From an uncultured virus (IMG/VR IMGVR_UViG_3300020294_000003) (lineage: Duplodnaviria > Heunggongvirae > Uroviricota > Caudoviricetes): a stretch of 64,000 nucleotides of DNA. The translations under genes were made by a program, and so were the position numbers. Each line of letters starts with the position of its first letter. The stretch's first letter is position 1. The stretch is from IMG/VR virus record IMGVR_UViG_3300020294_000003, one strand, 5' to 3'. Of this stretch, positions 29,217-39,029 are shown piece by piece. The notes under the pieces were generated by a model, which was given only the letters and a program-made list of their open reading frames with translations, was not told the DNA's origin and ran no database searches.

Positions 29217-30710
29217 TTATTCGCCGTGTTTTCCACCGTATCTACTATCACCATTACCAAAATTACCCCACCAATCAATTTGACACATTAGAGGATATAC
29301 CGTAGAGTAGAAGCCACCGTGTAAGTAGTTGTAAGATGAAGTTAATCCGTAGTTACCTGTTTTGTTTGTAACCGTTGTAGATGTAGAAGCACCGTTAGTA
29401 GCAGGGTTTGTAGTATTACTATTGTCATTTCCGTAGTAAACTCTAGTATCTACCGTGTGATCTGAGTCTTTAGGATCAAATGACCAACAATATGTTCTCC
29501 AAGATTCTCCGTCTGTGTTATCAGAATAACCACCGTGGAATCCTGTTTTACCCCAAGCCATATAAGGATTTCCCCTACTTGATTTAGTTTGGTTAATACT
29601 TATGAATTTTCTAGGATTTTCTAAACTCATACAGAATCCGTTAATACCAACTCCGTAGTAGTAATAAGAACCGTAAATCATTCCCCAAGTACCGTCCCAA
29701 GTGTGATTAAATTTAGTGTAAAGATAGTTAGAGTTTTCAGCACTATAAGATGTTGTAGTTGAACCAGCAAAATCTTGGAAGCCGATATAAACTCTAGCAG
29801 CAGCAGTAGTTCCCAATGATTGTCCGTTCTTACAATTGTAAGCAACGTATTTCATTGAGTTACCGTGTTTGTATCCAAAACCAACCCACTCGTTATTACC
29901 AACAGCAACACAAATGTTTTTGTTGTTGTTAATTGTCCAAGTGTCAGTAAAGTATTCAGTTGAAGTTACAGCGTCAAAGTAATCTTTAATTCTGTCAACT
30001 TTGTTTAAACACTTACTTGATTTGAAAATGTGAATTGTTTTAGCAGTGCCACTAGTTTCATCAGCAGAGTGAACCATAACAAGCATTTTGTTTTTCTCGT
30101 TATATCCAGTACCTGTAGAGTATGTGTTAGTTGTATCTAACATTTTAGCAGAATAATCGTAATAGTCTATTTGACCATTTCCTGCAGCCTGTCCTGGGTT
30201 CATTTCTCTCATAGTCTGTAATCTATTTGTAAATAATCTTCTTGGTCTGATCCCTTCAGGTAGGACGTGATTTAATTTTGTCCAAGCAGATGTAAATTCA
30301 AATGAAGTGGACATTTGGTGATATGAGTGCCAAGATATAAAACCATCTTTAGATGATGTGTAATATTGTGCCCAAGGATATTGGTCACATTGATAAATTG
30401 ATTTGTTGTAACAAGTCCAAGTCGTATAGTCTTGTGATGTTAAATTACAATGCGATACATCGGTACCGTGGTCATTGTAAGAATATGAGTGTGAAGCGTC
30501 TGATAACATACCGAATCGGTAGTTAGTTGTTGAGTTACATACTGCAGCCCAAGGTGACCCTACATTATTGAAACCTGAATCGTAAATACGATAGTTGACG
30601 TTGTGGTTTTGGTCAGAGTTATCTCCCCATATTCCGAATAATGGAAGTCCCTCTTTTCTGTGGTCAGCACCACCACTTGATCCGCCAAGTAAATTTGATA
30701 AACTAGCCAT
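29217..30710 (-). CDS. putative receptor-binding / fibre-tip protein
   Basis: MASLSNLLGGSSGG anchor-like N-terminus, S/T/N/Y/G-rich body, late promoter upstream, located in the fibre cluster. Confidence 0.5.
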   Translation of the reverse strand: MASLSNLLGGSSGGADHRKEGLPLFGIWGDNSDQNHNVNYRIYDSGFNNVGSPWAAVCNSTTNYRFGMLSDASHSYSYNDHGTDVSHCNLTSQDYTTWTCYNKSIYQCDQYPWAQYYTSSKDGFISWHSYHQMSTSFEFTSAWTKLNHVLPEGIRPRRLFTNRLQTMREMNPGQAAGNGQIDYYDYSAKMLDTTNTYSTGTGYNEKNKMLVMVHSADETSGTAKTIHIFKSSKCLNKVDRIKDYFDAVTSTEYFTDTWTINNNKNICVAVGNNEWVGFGYKHGNSMKYVAYNCKNGQSLGTTAAARVYIGFQDFAGSTTTSYSAENSNYLYTKFNHTWDGTWGMIYGSYYYYGVGINGFCMSLENPRKFISINQTKSSRGNPYMAWGKTGFHGGYSDNTDGESWRTYCWSFDPKDSDHTVDTRVYYGNDNSNTTNPATNGASTSTTVTNKTGNYGLTSSYNYLHGGFYSTVYPLMCQIDWWGNFGNGDSRYGGKHGE

Positions 30711-30740
30711 TGAATTGATCTCCTGAATTTTCTATTAAAT

Positions 30741-30748
30741 TATTTATA
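30741..30748 (-). promoter_or_regulatory. late promoter TATAAATA
   Basis: Exact consensus in the intergenic region. Confidence 0.75.
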
Positions 30749-30766
30749 TTATTTATCTTCTTCATA

Positions 30767-31393
30767 TTACGTTATTACCCAACCAATAAAAGAAGATGTT
30801 ACGTCTGGAGTTGTTTTAAATACAAGTCTAACACTTGCATATTTAGCGTCACCGATTAGATCAGCAGCCTCTCCAGCGATGTTGTTTCCGTTTCTTGCAA
30901 TTGTTAAATTTGCAATATCCCACTTACCGAAACCATCAGCAATAATTACATAATCATTATCATTAGGGTTTGCAGGTAAAGTCATTGTAAAAGCACCGTC
31001 TGTTGTGTTACCTATGTAAGCACCACCAGATACAGCAGTAAAATTAGCAGTCTTTGTAGACCAATTTATGGAAGTTGCGTCTGCCCATATAGGATCCTGA
31101 CCAGCACCTTTAGTTTGTAATACTTGTCCACTTGTTCCAGCGGCAAGTCTTTGTACACCAGTAGAATCTCTAAATAAGAAATCTCCGTGTGTTGTTAATT
31201 GTGTTACATCATCACCTTTTTTAGCGATTTTTGACCAGTAAGTTGCGTTTGAAGTTGCATTACCAGTTGAAGCTAAAATACAGATGAATGATTCACCACC
31301 AAAAGTTACTATATCGTCAACAACATAAGCAGTTGAAGCGTTATAAGCACCTTGAAATACTGGTTTAATTCTACCTAAATTTATTGTTGCCAT
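30767..31393 (-). CDS. short tail-fibre / adaptor protein
   Basis: Shares N-terminal repeat, LTTxGD linker and C-terminal domain with the 1553-aa fibre. Confidence 0.7.
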   Translation of the reverse strand: MATINLGRIKPVFQGAYNASTAYVVDDIVTFGGESFICILASTGNATSNATYWSKIAKKGDDVTQLTTHGDFLFRDSTGVQRLAAGTSGQVLQTKGAGQDPIWADATSINWSTKTANFTAVSGGAYIGNTTDGAFTMTLPANPNDNDYVIIADGFGKWDIANLTIARNGNNIAGEAADLIGDAKYASVRLVFKTTPDVTSSFIGWVIT

Positions 31394-31414
31394 AATTCTA
31401 ATTTTCCTTATTTC

Positions 31415-31428
31415 TATTTATATTTATA
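31415..31428 (-). promoter_or_regulatory. two overlapping late promoters TATAAATA
   Basis: Plus strand TATTTATATTTATA. Confidence 0.7.
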
Positions 31429-31458
31429 ATCGTTTATACCTTCAATTATAAAAAATTT

Positions 31459-32949
31459 TTAATTTAATTCTACTTTTAAGTCTCCGTTATCAACACTAAA
31501 AGTCAGACCAGCCCTCATAAAGAAACTATTTTTGAATATATCCTCTTGTTCTTTAGTTTCAAAACGTGTTTCTAGGTTATCTTTACCGTCGGTCTTTGTT
31601 ATTTGTAATTCACCTTTCCATTCTGGTGTGTATAGTTTACCACCAGTATCAGTAAAATTACTTTCGTAGTAATATAATGTTGCAACAGCACTACCTGGAA
31701 CCGTACTTACGCCCTTTTTAGGTATTTGTATAGTTACCGTTGAACCAGCAGTACCTATTGTTCCGTTAGTTGTTACATTAGTTGTATATTCAGTACCACC
31801 TGACTTTGTTCCACCAGCAGTTGTTGAAAATTTAAAGTCTGATTGTGTTAAATTAGTATCTGATACATCAAATATATAAGTAAATCCTTCGTATAATGTA
31901 ATATCGTTTCTTGTTCTAGTTATGTGTGTAATTGGTTTTTCGTCATCACCATTATCAACGCATAATGTTCCACCGTGACCGATAACATACATTTTTGTTC
32001 CATTTGAATTAAATAAAAGTCCTTTAGGACCAATATTATTTGTTCTAAAAGCAGTATTTGAAGTTAATGCCTGTGTAGTAGATATGTCATAACCAGTTAC
32101 TAATGGATATTGGTTAACATCATTACCAGTATTACCACCAACATAAAGTCTATCGCCATCATCATCAAATGCTAATCCTCTTGGATCTGATTCTTCAGTA
32201 GCAATTGAATGTGCGTCAACAAATGAAGCAGTTGAAAGATCATAAGCAGTTGTTAATAGATATTCATTAACATCATTTCCATCATCACCTAACGTAAATA
32301 ATAATTCTCCTGGGTTTACAGCACCTCTAGCAACTTTATTAAATTCTAAATCTAACATATTAGCGTCTTCACTAGCAACAGATAATCTTTTTGAGTATGT
32401 TCTTGTAGATACATCATAAGCACCTGAAAGAGTATATTCGTTAATATTACCAGCAGTAATTTGAGGTGAAGCCTCAGCAGTTGATCCGCCAATTTCACTA
32501 ACAAACATTTTTGTACCGTCATTGTTAAAACACATTGCAACAGGACTTTGACCTTCAGCAGATATATCTACTTCTTTTTCGTAACTTATTGATGTAACAT
32601 CATAAGCACTTGATAAAGAGTATTGTATTATTCTTGCGTGAAACTTATCAACAGCATATAATTTTGTACCGTTGTTATTCCAAGTAATACCGTGTAAGTC
32701 TGATTTGCCAGATTGAGTAGAGTTTTCAGCATTGTTTCTAACTAAAGATGTTGAAGTAGAAAATGTAGCCGTACTAGAATCATATGCAGTACCTAAAGTA
32801 TATTCGTAAATACTATGATTTGTATTTGTACCAGTAATAAGTTTAGTAATTACTTTTCTTACTTGTTGATTACTAATTCCTGCGATATGAAAACCGTAGA
32901 AATCATCTTTTTCTTTTCCTGTTACCGTGAATTGTGTTAATTTACTCAT
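31459..32949 (-). CDS. virion protein with beta-propeller repeats
   Basis: About five repeats of FNxDGTK(M/L)(F/Y)V...I.(E/Q)Y.L..AYD(V/L)ST. Confidence 0.7.
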   Translation of the reverse strand: MSKLTQFTVTGKEKDDFYGFHIAGISNQQVRKVITKLITGTNTNHSIYEYTLGTAYDSSTATFSTSTSLVRNNAENSTQSGKSDLHGITWNNNGTKLYAVDKFHARIIQYSLSSAYDVTSISYEKEVDISAEGQSPVAMCFNNDGTKMFVSEIGGSTAEASPQITAGNINEYTLSGAYDVSTRTYSKRLSVASEDANMLDLEFNKVARGAVNPGELLFTLGDDGNDVNEYLLTTAYDLSTASFVDAHSIATEESDPRGLAFDDDGDRLYVGGNTGNDVNQYPLVTGYDISTTQALTSNTAFRTNNIGPKGLLFNSNGTKMYVIGHGGTLCVDNGDDEKPITHITRTRNDITLYEGFTYIFDVSDTNLTQSDFKFSTTAGGTKSGGTEYTTNVTTNGTIGTAGSTVTIQIPKKGVSTVPGSAVATLYYYESNFTDTGGKLYTPEWKGELQITKTDGKDNLETRFETKEQEDIFKNSFFMRAGLTFSVDNGDLKVELN

Positions 32950-32954
32950 ATGTC

Positions 32955-32962
32955 TATTTATA
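32955..32962 (-). promoter_or_regulatory. late promoter TATAAATA, 5 nt before ATG 32949
   Basis: Minus strand TATAAATA gacat ATG. Confidence 0.75.
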
Positions 32963-32967
32963 TCCTA

Positions 32968-35900
32968 TTAAGCAACCTCTAATAATTTCCAACCGTTAGC
33001 GGCACCAGTATAAACTAGTGTAAAGGCTGCGTGATCTGTTTCAGCAGTCATATTTTCTGCAAGGTTCATAATTTCGTTTCCGTTTCTATCAACCGTTAAT
33101 TTGTTTGTAGCAAATGTTCCGTTTAAATCTAAAAATGTAACTGCGTCTCCAGTTAGTGGACCACTAGGTAATTGAATTGTTGCCTCAGCAGCAGCAGTAT
33201 TAACTAAAAATCTTTGATTACTTTCTGCAACGGTTATTGTAGAACCATCTCCAACAATAGTTACGTATGGTGTACCACCACCTAAACCTGTCCAAGTTGA
33301 TCCGTTATAACCTTCCCAAGCAACTAGAGATGTATTGTATCTTATAGCACCTGTGTACAATGCACCACCTATTGGTCTTTGTGCAGTTGTTCCTGTTGGT
33401 GGAACCCAAGCACCAACACCTGCCTTATCTCTTGTTAAATATCCTAATATAGCATTTTCTGTAGGAACAGCATTGTTTGAGTTTCCTGCTAATGTTTCGT
33501 CTGTACTAAATTCGTTTACAGAAGCACCTAATTCTGCACCGATAGAACCAAGTTTTAATTCACTTAATCCTGAAAGGTTAAAGGCGTCTGCGTTAAGAGT
33601 AGCAGTACCAGTTGCCTGTTCAATTTTGAATAGATCACCAACTCTAAAGTCCCCTTGTTGGTCGGTTGACACCCAATATACACGACCGCCATCTTCTTCA
33701 ATAATCTCATCATCTTGGTCAGCAGGTTGTGTAGGTGTTCCTGGATAATTTGTAGTTATGAAATCTCCAGTACCAATATTTAAGAAATCGTGGCCTGTTA
33801 AACGAATGTTTGAATATCCTGTTGTAACATCTGTTCCTATACTATCACCTTTTGCTTTTAGTGATGTAATATCTTCAGTTAATCTGATTACTGCCGTTCC
33901 ATTAGTTAAATCTTCTTCAGATACTAACCCAACTCTATAATATTTTGTATCTCCTGTACATTTAATATTAGCAGCAAGTTTAATTAAACCTGTTGCGTTC
34001 AATGTAGTTGTACCTGATTTAACAGCAAGTAAAGGTCCTCTTTGACCTTGTTGTGCAGGTGAACCAAAAGAACCATCTAAAGTAATTTGGAATGTAGATG
34101 AATCTTCTTTTTCAATTGTACAAGTTTCTCCGTTTTGGAAATTACCACTTATATTTTCTATATGTAAGTATTGTAAAGATGTGTTAAATCTGAATATTTT
34201 AGCAGTTGCGCCTGAAGTATCTCCTTGAATAACAGCAGTACCTTGTCCTTGTGTTGAAATCATATTTTCAACATCTGAAATAGTTGCAGGTGATATTATA
34301 GCAGCAGCATTATATTTCAACATCAAACCTCTAGTTTGAATATTTACTGGTGTTTCGTCTTCGTCTGTACCAGCAGCAACACAAGCACGTTCTCCGTATG
34401 CGTGTGAGCAGTTTAGACCTCTAATAAATCCGCCTGATTCTGCAAATACGGCCTTCTCAGCATAATAAACGAATACTGATACTGCCTCGCAACGACCATT
34501 TCCTAAGATGTGAATACCCATACCATCACTATTGATTTGAGTAAAGTCGTTTCCTAAAATTGATTTGTTTGAAGATGGATGGGTTTTCTTATGCAAGTTA
34601 CCATCAATCTGCATACCACAAGCACCAGAGTTTGCTGATGTGCAGTTTTGAATATATGGAGAAGCTTTTGCAATATTACCACTAGGGTCTAATGAAATAA
34701 CCGCAGCCATTTGAACACCTCTTGGTATTACTCTTTCACCTACGTCTGTAATATTGAATTTTGCTTTTGCAAGTGTAACATAATCACCTGTTGTTAATCC
34801 GTGATTTGAGTCTGTATTGACCGTTATCTGTCCAGCAGCGTGAGCATATGCGTAATTTTGAATTGAAACATCTGTTGATTCTGCACCTTCAATAATAACA
34901 TTACCACCACTTACATAGTTGTGTGTTAAATCATCTGTTGCTGTTGGAACCGTAAATGAATTTGCACTTGTAACCGTAACTTGATATAAACCACCAGCAC
35001 GTTTTTTACTTGTTAATCCTGTAAATGTAAAGTTTCTAATGTTGTTTGAGTCATTACATAACCACATATTTGAAGCAGCATTTAATTCTGTTGAACCTAC
35101 TTGTAAAGTAATATCACCACTTCCGCCTGTATCTCCAGACGCTAAAGTAAGTATATCACCAACACTATATCCTGCACCACCGTGGTATGTGTTAAACTCA
35201 ACTGCTGTATTACCTTGAACTAATATGCTAAATACTGCACCTTGTCCTACACTAGGAAGAGTTAATGTTCCTTCTAATGTACTGAAATCCATTCCAGTTA
35301 ATTTAACATTATCACTTACTGATAATCCGTGAGAACTTGATGTTGTAATAGTAGCAACACCTGTTGAATTGTCGTAACTTACATTTGATATAGTAAATGA
35401 TCCAAAAGCAGCATTTGTAACCGTACCACCTCTAACATATGTGTGTACTAAACTTGATGTACCGATATTACACGTGAAATTTGTTGAGTCTGGTGTACTT
35501 AAAACAGCAAATTGTTTTTCAGTTTTACTAGGGTGAATATATTTGTACTCTCCATTAGTTTTACCTGAAGATGGATTATTAATCACCTTCATAGTTTTAA
35601 TTTGTGTACCGTTACCACTTGCAGGACCAACTCTTGTATTTCTTAAAGTTTCTCCCATTACAGAAATACCTGCTCTAATTCTTAAAGGTAAAATTTCTGA
35701 ATATGTTCCGTTTTTAATTCTTAAAATATCTCCAGCAACAGATTTAACATCCATTAATAAAGGAGCAGTCGCATTACCGATCAATGTTCCATCAATATAT
35801 AATTTGTCTCCAACATTGTGATCGTGTGTACCATTTTGTATTTCTACAGCAACAGCACCACTATTTGTATCTACTCTAAAGAAAGCGTCAGCACCAACAG

Positions 35901-37629
35901 CAGGATAAGTTTTTGCACCAATAGAACAAGTGTAATCTAAACCTCTTACTCTTATTAAATCATTGATTGATAAACCGTGAGCACCTGAAGTTGTAATTGT
36001 TAAAACACCTGTTGTATGATTGTAAGGTCCGTTTGTAACCGTTAAATTTGAGTTATCTGATTTTTTAATTGTACCACCACTAACATAAGTGTGTGTATAA
36101 GTTGATGTTCCTAATTGTACTTCAAAAGTTGTTGTATTTGTAACTGAAGTAACTTTTAATTCTTTGTAAGCAATTGCTCTAACATTATTGTAAACATTAG
36201 CAGTACCACCTGTACCACCAGTTACATTTTCTACTTCTCTTACTGATTTATCTTTTGCTCTAGTAGCAGCGTATTGAATTGTTTTGTAAGGTAAAGATTC
36301 TGAACCTGGGTTACTATCTGATCCACTTGGAGAAACCCATAAAATATTTTTACCTGATTCACCAGTCCATAGTACATCTAATCCGTCAGTTGCTAAAACT
36401 GATCCTGGCATACCGACAGGTAATCTTGCAACACCACCAGAACTTTCAAATAATAAATCTCCTCTTGTAGTTAATACGGCAGCAGTATCTCCTTGAGCAA
36501 GAATTGTCCAAACGGTTGCGTCTGAACCAGGAGTTACATTTACTTGTCTGTCTTTTAATTGTATGTATGAGTTTGAAGAATATCTTACAACATCACCAAC
36601 ATAATAAGTTGTAGCGGCGTCATAAGTACCTCTCCATTTAAATCCTTCTACGACAACTTTCCAATAAGTTGAATTTACGGTACCATCTGTATCAGCAGGA
36701 TATTGATTTGTACCATTTAAAATTGCAACGTATGAATTACCACCATACTGAACCGTATCACCAGTTTTGTATGCTGTTCCGTGAGAGTAAATACCAGTTG
36801 CATTGAAACCAGTTGTTACTACATCCCAAGTAGCATTGTCAGCAGGTGTTTGTCCTGAGGCTTCTTCAGCAGCAACATATACGTAAGAATATCCTCCGTA
36901 AGTTACAACGTCACCTTTTGAGTAAACGGTACTTGCGTTATAAGAATCTTCAAATTGTAAACCTTCAGAATAGATTGAAAAATTTGCCTGAGCAAAATCA
37001 TCAGCAGTTGCGCCTGAAGTGTGAGCAGTTGTACATCTATATTGATAAGAACCAAATTTAACAATATCATCTAATCTGTAATATTGTGTAGTTGTCCAAT
37101 CACCTAAAAATGCTAAACCTTCACTATAAAGTGTAAATTTAGCTAAGTCTATATTAATGTCACCACCTGAAGCAGATGTGTGTTCAGTTGTGACTCTGTA
37201 TGTTCTTCCCCCATACTTAACTAGGTCGTTTAATCTGTATTGAGTTGAAGAAGCGTAATCACCTCTAAAAGTGATACCGTCTGAATATTGTTCAAATTTT
37301 GCTTGATCTAAAACTGCACTTGAAGAAGTATGAGCAGTTGTAACTCGGTATTGTTTACCACCATAAGATACTAGGTCGTTTAATTTGTACCAAGTTGAAT
37401 TTGCGTAAGCACCTTTGTAGTAAAAAGATTCTCCGTGTAGTTGCCAGTTTGTAGTGTATGTTGCAGGAGATGTGTAAAATATGTTTTCGTTATTTGGCGA
37501 TGTATGGTTTGATATACAAACATATGTATTACCACCGTACTTAACTATGTCATCTATAACATAGCCTGTACTAGTTGTCCAATCACCTCTCCATTTAAAT
37601 TTAAGTCGTCCTAGTTTAAAATCTGCCAT
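32968..37629 (-). CDS. long tail fibre / tailspike with carbohydrate-binding-like repeats and an interrupted pectin-lyase-like region
   Basis: About eight N-terminal G.(W/Y)...T.Y...D.V.YGG..Y repeats; VSPSGSDSNPG...PYKTIQYA and SPYIQNCT beta-helix-type motifs; C-terminal GTTAQRP...GAIRYNT fibre motif. Confidence 0.8.
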   Translation of the reverse strand: MADFKLGRLKFKWRGDWTTSTGYVIDDIVKYGGNTYVCISNHTSPNNENIFYTSPATYTTNWQLHGESFYYKGAYANSTWYKLNDLVSYGGKQYRVTTAHTSSSAVLDQAKFEQYSDGITFRGDYASSTQYRLNDLVKYGGRTYRVTTEHTSASGGDINIDLAKFTLYSEGLAFLGDWTTTQYYRLDDIVKFGSYQYRCTTAHTSGATADDFAQANFSIYSEGLQFEDSYNASTVYSKGDVVTYGGYSYVYVAAEEASGQTPADNATWDVVTTGFNATGIYSHGTAYKTGDTVQYGGNSYVAILNGTNQYPADTDGTVNSTYWKVVVEGFKWRGTYDAATTYYVGDVVRYSSNSYIQLKDRQVNVTPGSDATVWTILAQGDTAAVLTTRGDLLFESSGGVARLPVGMPGSVLATDGLDVLWTGESGKNILWVSPSGSDSNPGSESLPYKTIQYAATRAKDKSVREVENVTGGTGGTANVYNNVRAIAYKELKVTSVTNTTTFEVQLGTSTYTHTYVSGGTIKKSDNSNLTVTNGPYNHTTGVLTITTSGAHGLSINDLIRVRGLDYTCSIGAKTYPAVGADAFFRVDTNSGAVAVEIQNGTHDHNVGDKLYIDGTLIGNATAPLLMDVKSVAGDILRIKNGTYSEILPLRIRAGISVMGETLRNTRVGPASGNGTQIKTMKVINNPSSGKTNGEYKYIHPSKTEKQFAVLSTPDSTNFTCNIGTSSLVHTYVRGGTVTNAAFGSFTISNVSYDNSTGVATITTSSSHGLSVSDNVKLTGMDFSTLEGTLTLPSVGQGAVFSILVQGNTAVEFNTYHGGAGYSVGDILTLASGDTGGSGDITLQVGSTELNAASNMWLCNDSNNIRNFTFTGLTSKKRAGGLYQVTVTSANSFTVPTATDDLTHNYVSGGNVIIEGAESTDVSIQNYAYAHAAGQITVNTDSNHGLTTGDYVTLAKAKFNITDVGERVIPRGVQMAAVISLDPSGNIAKASPYIQNCTSANSGACGMQIDGNLHKKTHPSSNKSILGNDFTQINSDGMGIHILGNGRCEAVSVFVYYAEKAVFAESGGFIRGLNCSHAYGERACVAAGTDEDETPVNIQTRGLMLKYNAAAIISPATISDVENMISTQGQGTAVIQGDTSGATAKIFRFNTSLQYLHIENISGNFQNGETCTIEKEDSSTFQITLDGSFGSPAQQGQRGPLLAVKSGTTTLNATGLIKLAANIKCTGDTKYYRVGLVSEEDLTNGTAVIRLTEDITSLKAKGDSIGTDVTTGYSNIRLTGHDFLNIGTGDFITTNYPGTPTQPADQDDEIIEEDGGRVYWVSTDQQGDFRVGDLFKIEQATGTATLNADAFNLSGLSELKLGSIGAELGASVNEFSTDETLAGNSNNAVPTENAILGYLTRDKAGVGAWVPPTGTTAQRPIGGALYTGAIRYNTSLVAWEGYNGSTWTGLGGGTPYVTIVGDGSTITVAESNQRFLVNTAAAEATIQLPSGPLTGDAVTFLDLNGTFATNKLTVDRNGNEIMNLAENMTAETDHAAFTLVYTGAANGWKLLEVA
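36490..37600 (-). repeat. protein-level tandem repeat (~47 aa, about 8 copies) in the fibre N-terminus
   Basis: For example DIVKYGGNTYVC, DLVSYGGKQYRV, DLVKYGGRTYRV, DIVKFGSYQYRC, DVVTYGGYSYVY. Coordinates approximate. Confidence 0.8.
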
Positions 37630-37651
37630 TTGTTTCCCTAATTAGTCATTT

Positions 37652-38281
37652 CTATACTGCACTTTGATATGATGTAGTTGTAGAAACTGCCGTTGTGTCT
37701 TCAAAAGTATCAAAATCGTCTGAACTCTCAGCGGTTCTTGTTACTCCTGCATTTACTCTTTTTACTAAATCTCCACTAGTATTATTTATAAGAAAAGTAG
37801 TGGTAGGATTTACTGAAAAGTTAATTTGTTGAAATCTATCACTATCATTATTGTAGTATCTTTTCTTAACCGTACCTATAACAATACTCAATCCAGTCTT
37901 TGGAATTAGAGTGAAAGTTACTACGGTATTATTGACTAAAGTAAAGTCTGAAAACGCAACTTGTTGAACTCCGTCTAAAAATACTGCAATCCTTGACTCA
38001 TTTAATACTGGTGTTGATATTGTAAATTGATATGCTGAACCATCTGTTGTAAAATAGTTAACATCAAACATCTCTAGTCTTTCATCTACATAATCTGTTT
38101 CTGATCTTCCTACAAAATCAGACTTACCATCTTCGTAAAATTTTGATACTTCAATTGTTTCATTACCTTTGTTAGGATTTACTGAAGTTAGATATAACAT
38201 ACCATCTTTTGTTCGTCTAATTCCGTTAAAAGATTTCTGTTTTACTGAAGCAGCGGGTGTGTGATCTACTAAATATGCCAT
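37652..38281 (-). CDS. virion structural / fibre adaptor protein
   Basis: FNGIRRTKDGMLYL N-terminus; VFLDGVQQ...FTL beta domain. Confidence 0.6.
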   Translation of the reverse strand: MAYLVDHTPAASVKQKSFNGIRRTKDGMLYLTSVNPNKGNETIEVSKFYEDGKSDFVGRSETDYVDERLEMFDVNYFTTDGSAYQFTISTPVLNESRIAVFLDGVQQVAFSDFTLVNNTVVTFTLIPKTGLSIVIGTVKKRYYNNDSDRFQQINFSVNPTTTFLINNTSGDLVKRVNAGVTRTAESSDDFDTFEDTTAVSTTTSYQSAV

Positions 38282-38287
38282 TTTCTC

Positions 38288-38295
38288 TATTTATA
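38288..38295 (-). promoter_or_regulatory. late promoter TATAAATA, 6 nt before ATG 38281
   Basis: Minus strand TATAAATA gagaaa ATG. Confidence 0.75.
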
Positions 38296-38298
38296 TTT

Positions 38299-38646
38299 CT
38301 ATGTTAATTCAAGGATACTTGCGTATGCCTCAACATCTACTGAAGACGAATCAGGATTTGGGTCAGCGACTATTCTAACAATATCGTTGTTCTCTAAATT
38401 AACTGGTTTGTCTAAAGTTAATGTATTGTTTGGCGGAACTTCTAAACTTTTACCTATGTGATAAAAAGTAGAACCACCATCAGTTGTAACTTTTACATTT
38501 ACGGTAGCAGCAGCAGTTGTACTCTTATTTGAAATATATAATGCGTGAATTACAGCAGTTGCACTTGCACCAGCTGTAAATAAATTACCAGCAGACGTAT
38601 CTACTACTGGAACGGTTATTCCTGCATTTTTAAATGTACTTGCCAT
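38299..38646 (-). CDS. small virion structural protein
   Basis: MASTFKN...ASILE beta-rich protein typical of marine phage fibre clusters. Confidence 0.6.
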   Translation of the reverse strand: MASTFKNAGITVPVVDTSAGNLFTAGASATAVIHALYISNKSTTAAATVNVKVTTDGGSTFYHIGKSLEVPPNNTLTLDKPVNLENNDIVRIVADPNPDSSSVDVEAYASILELT

Positions 38647-38648
38647 TA

Positions 38649-39029
38649 TTAACTACCGAATACTATTGAAAACGCTAATGAGTCTCCAAGCATAGCAACA
38701 TCTCCATCTGCGTCTGGAAAAGTTATTGTTCTATCACCTGTAGGTTCCTGAACCGTTAGAGTTGTTTCGTAAGCGTTTTCTTGGTAACCTTCAAAAATTA
38801 TATTTGCACCGTTTAATGTAATATCATTACTTGTAACTGCACCTGCATTTGTAACTGCCTGTAAAGTTACAGCACCAGCACCACCAACTTCTTTTACAAC
38901 GCCTCCAGATGTTTTAGTATATAACTTACCATCTGTTACGTTCATTGCCAATTCGTGTACTTGTAAAGCAGCAGCACCTGGAATTTGACTTGGTGTTTCT
39001 GATCGTTTTGGTTTTATTACGGTTGCCAC
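38649..39029 (-). CDS. short fibre adaptor (Mtd/hyaluronidase N-terminal-like anchor)
   Basis: IKPKRS...ELAMNVTDGKLY; PTGDRTITFPDADG; ends with SIVFGS. Confidence 0.6.
   Translation of the reverse strand: MATVIKPKRSETPSQIPGAAALQVHELAMNVTDGKLYTKTSGGVVKEVGGAGAVTLQAVTNAGAVTSNDITLNGANIIFEGYQENAYETTLTVQEPTGDRTITFPDADGDVAMLGDSLAFSIVFGS

Noticed and set aside
36490..37600. Periodic repeats resembling a CRISPR array
   Set aside because: The repeats are degenerate at DNA level and in frame within a protein; there are no identical direct repeats with spacers.
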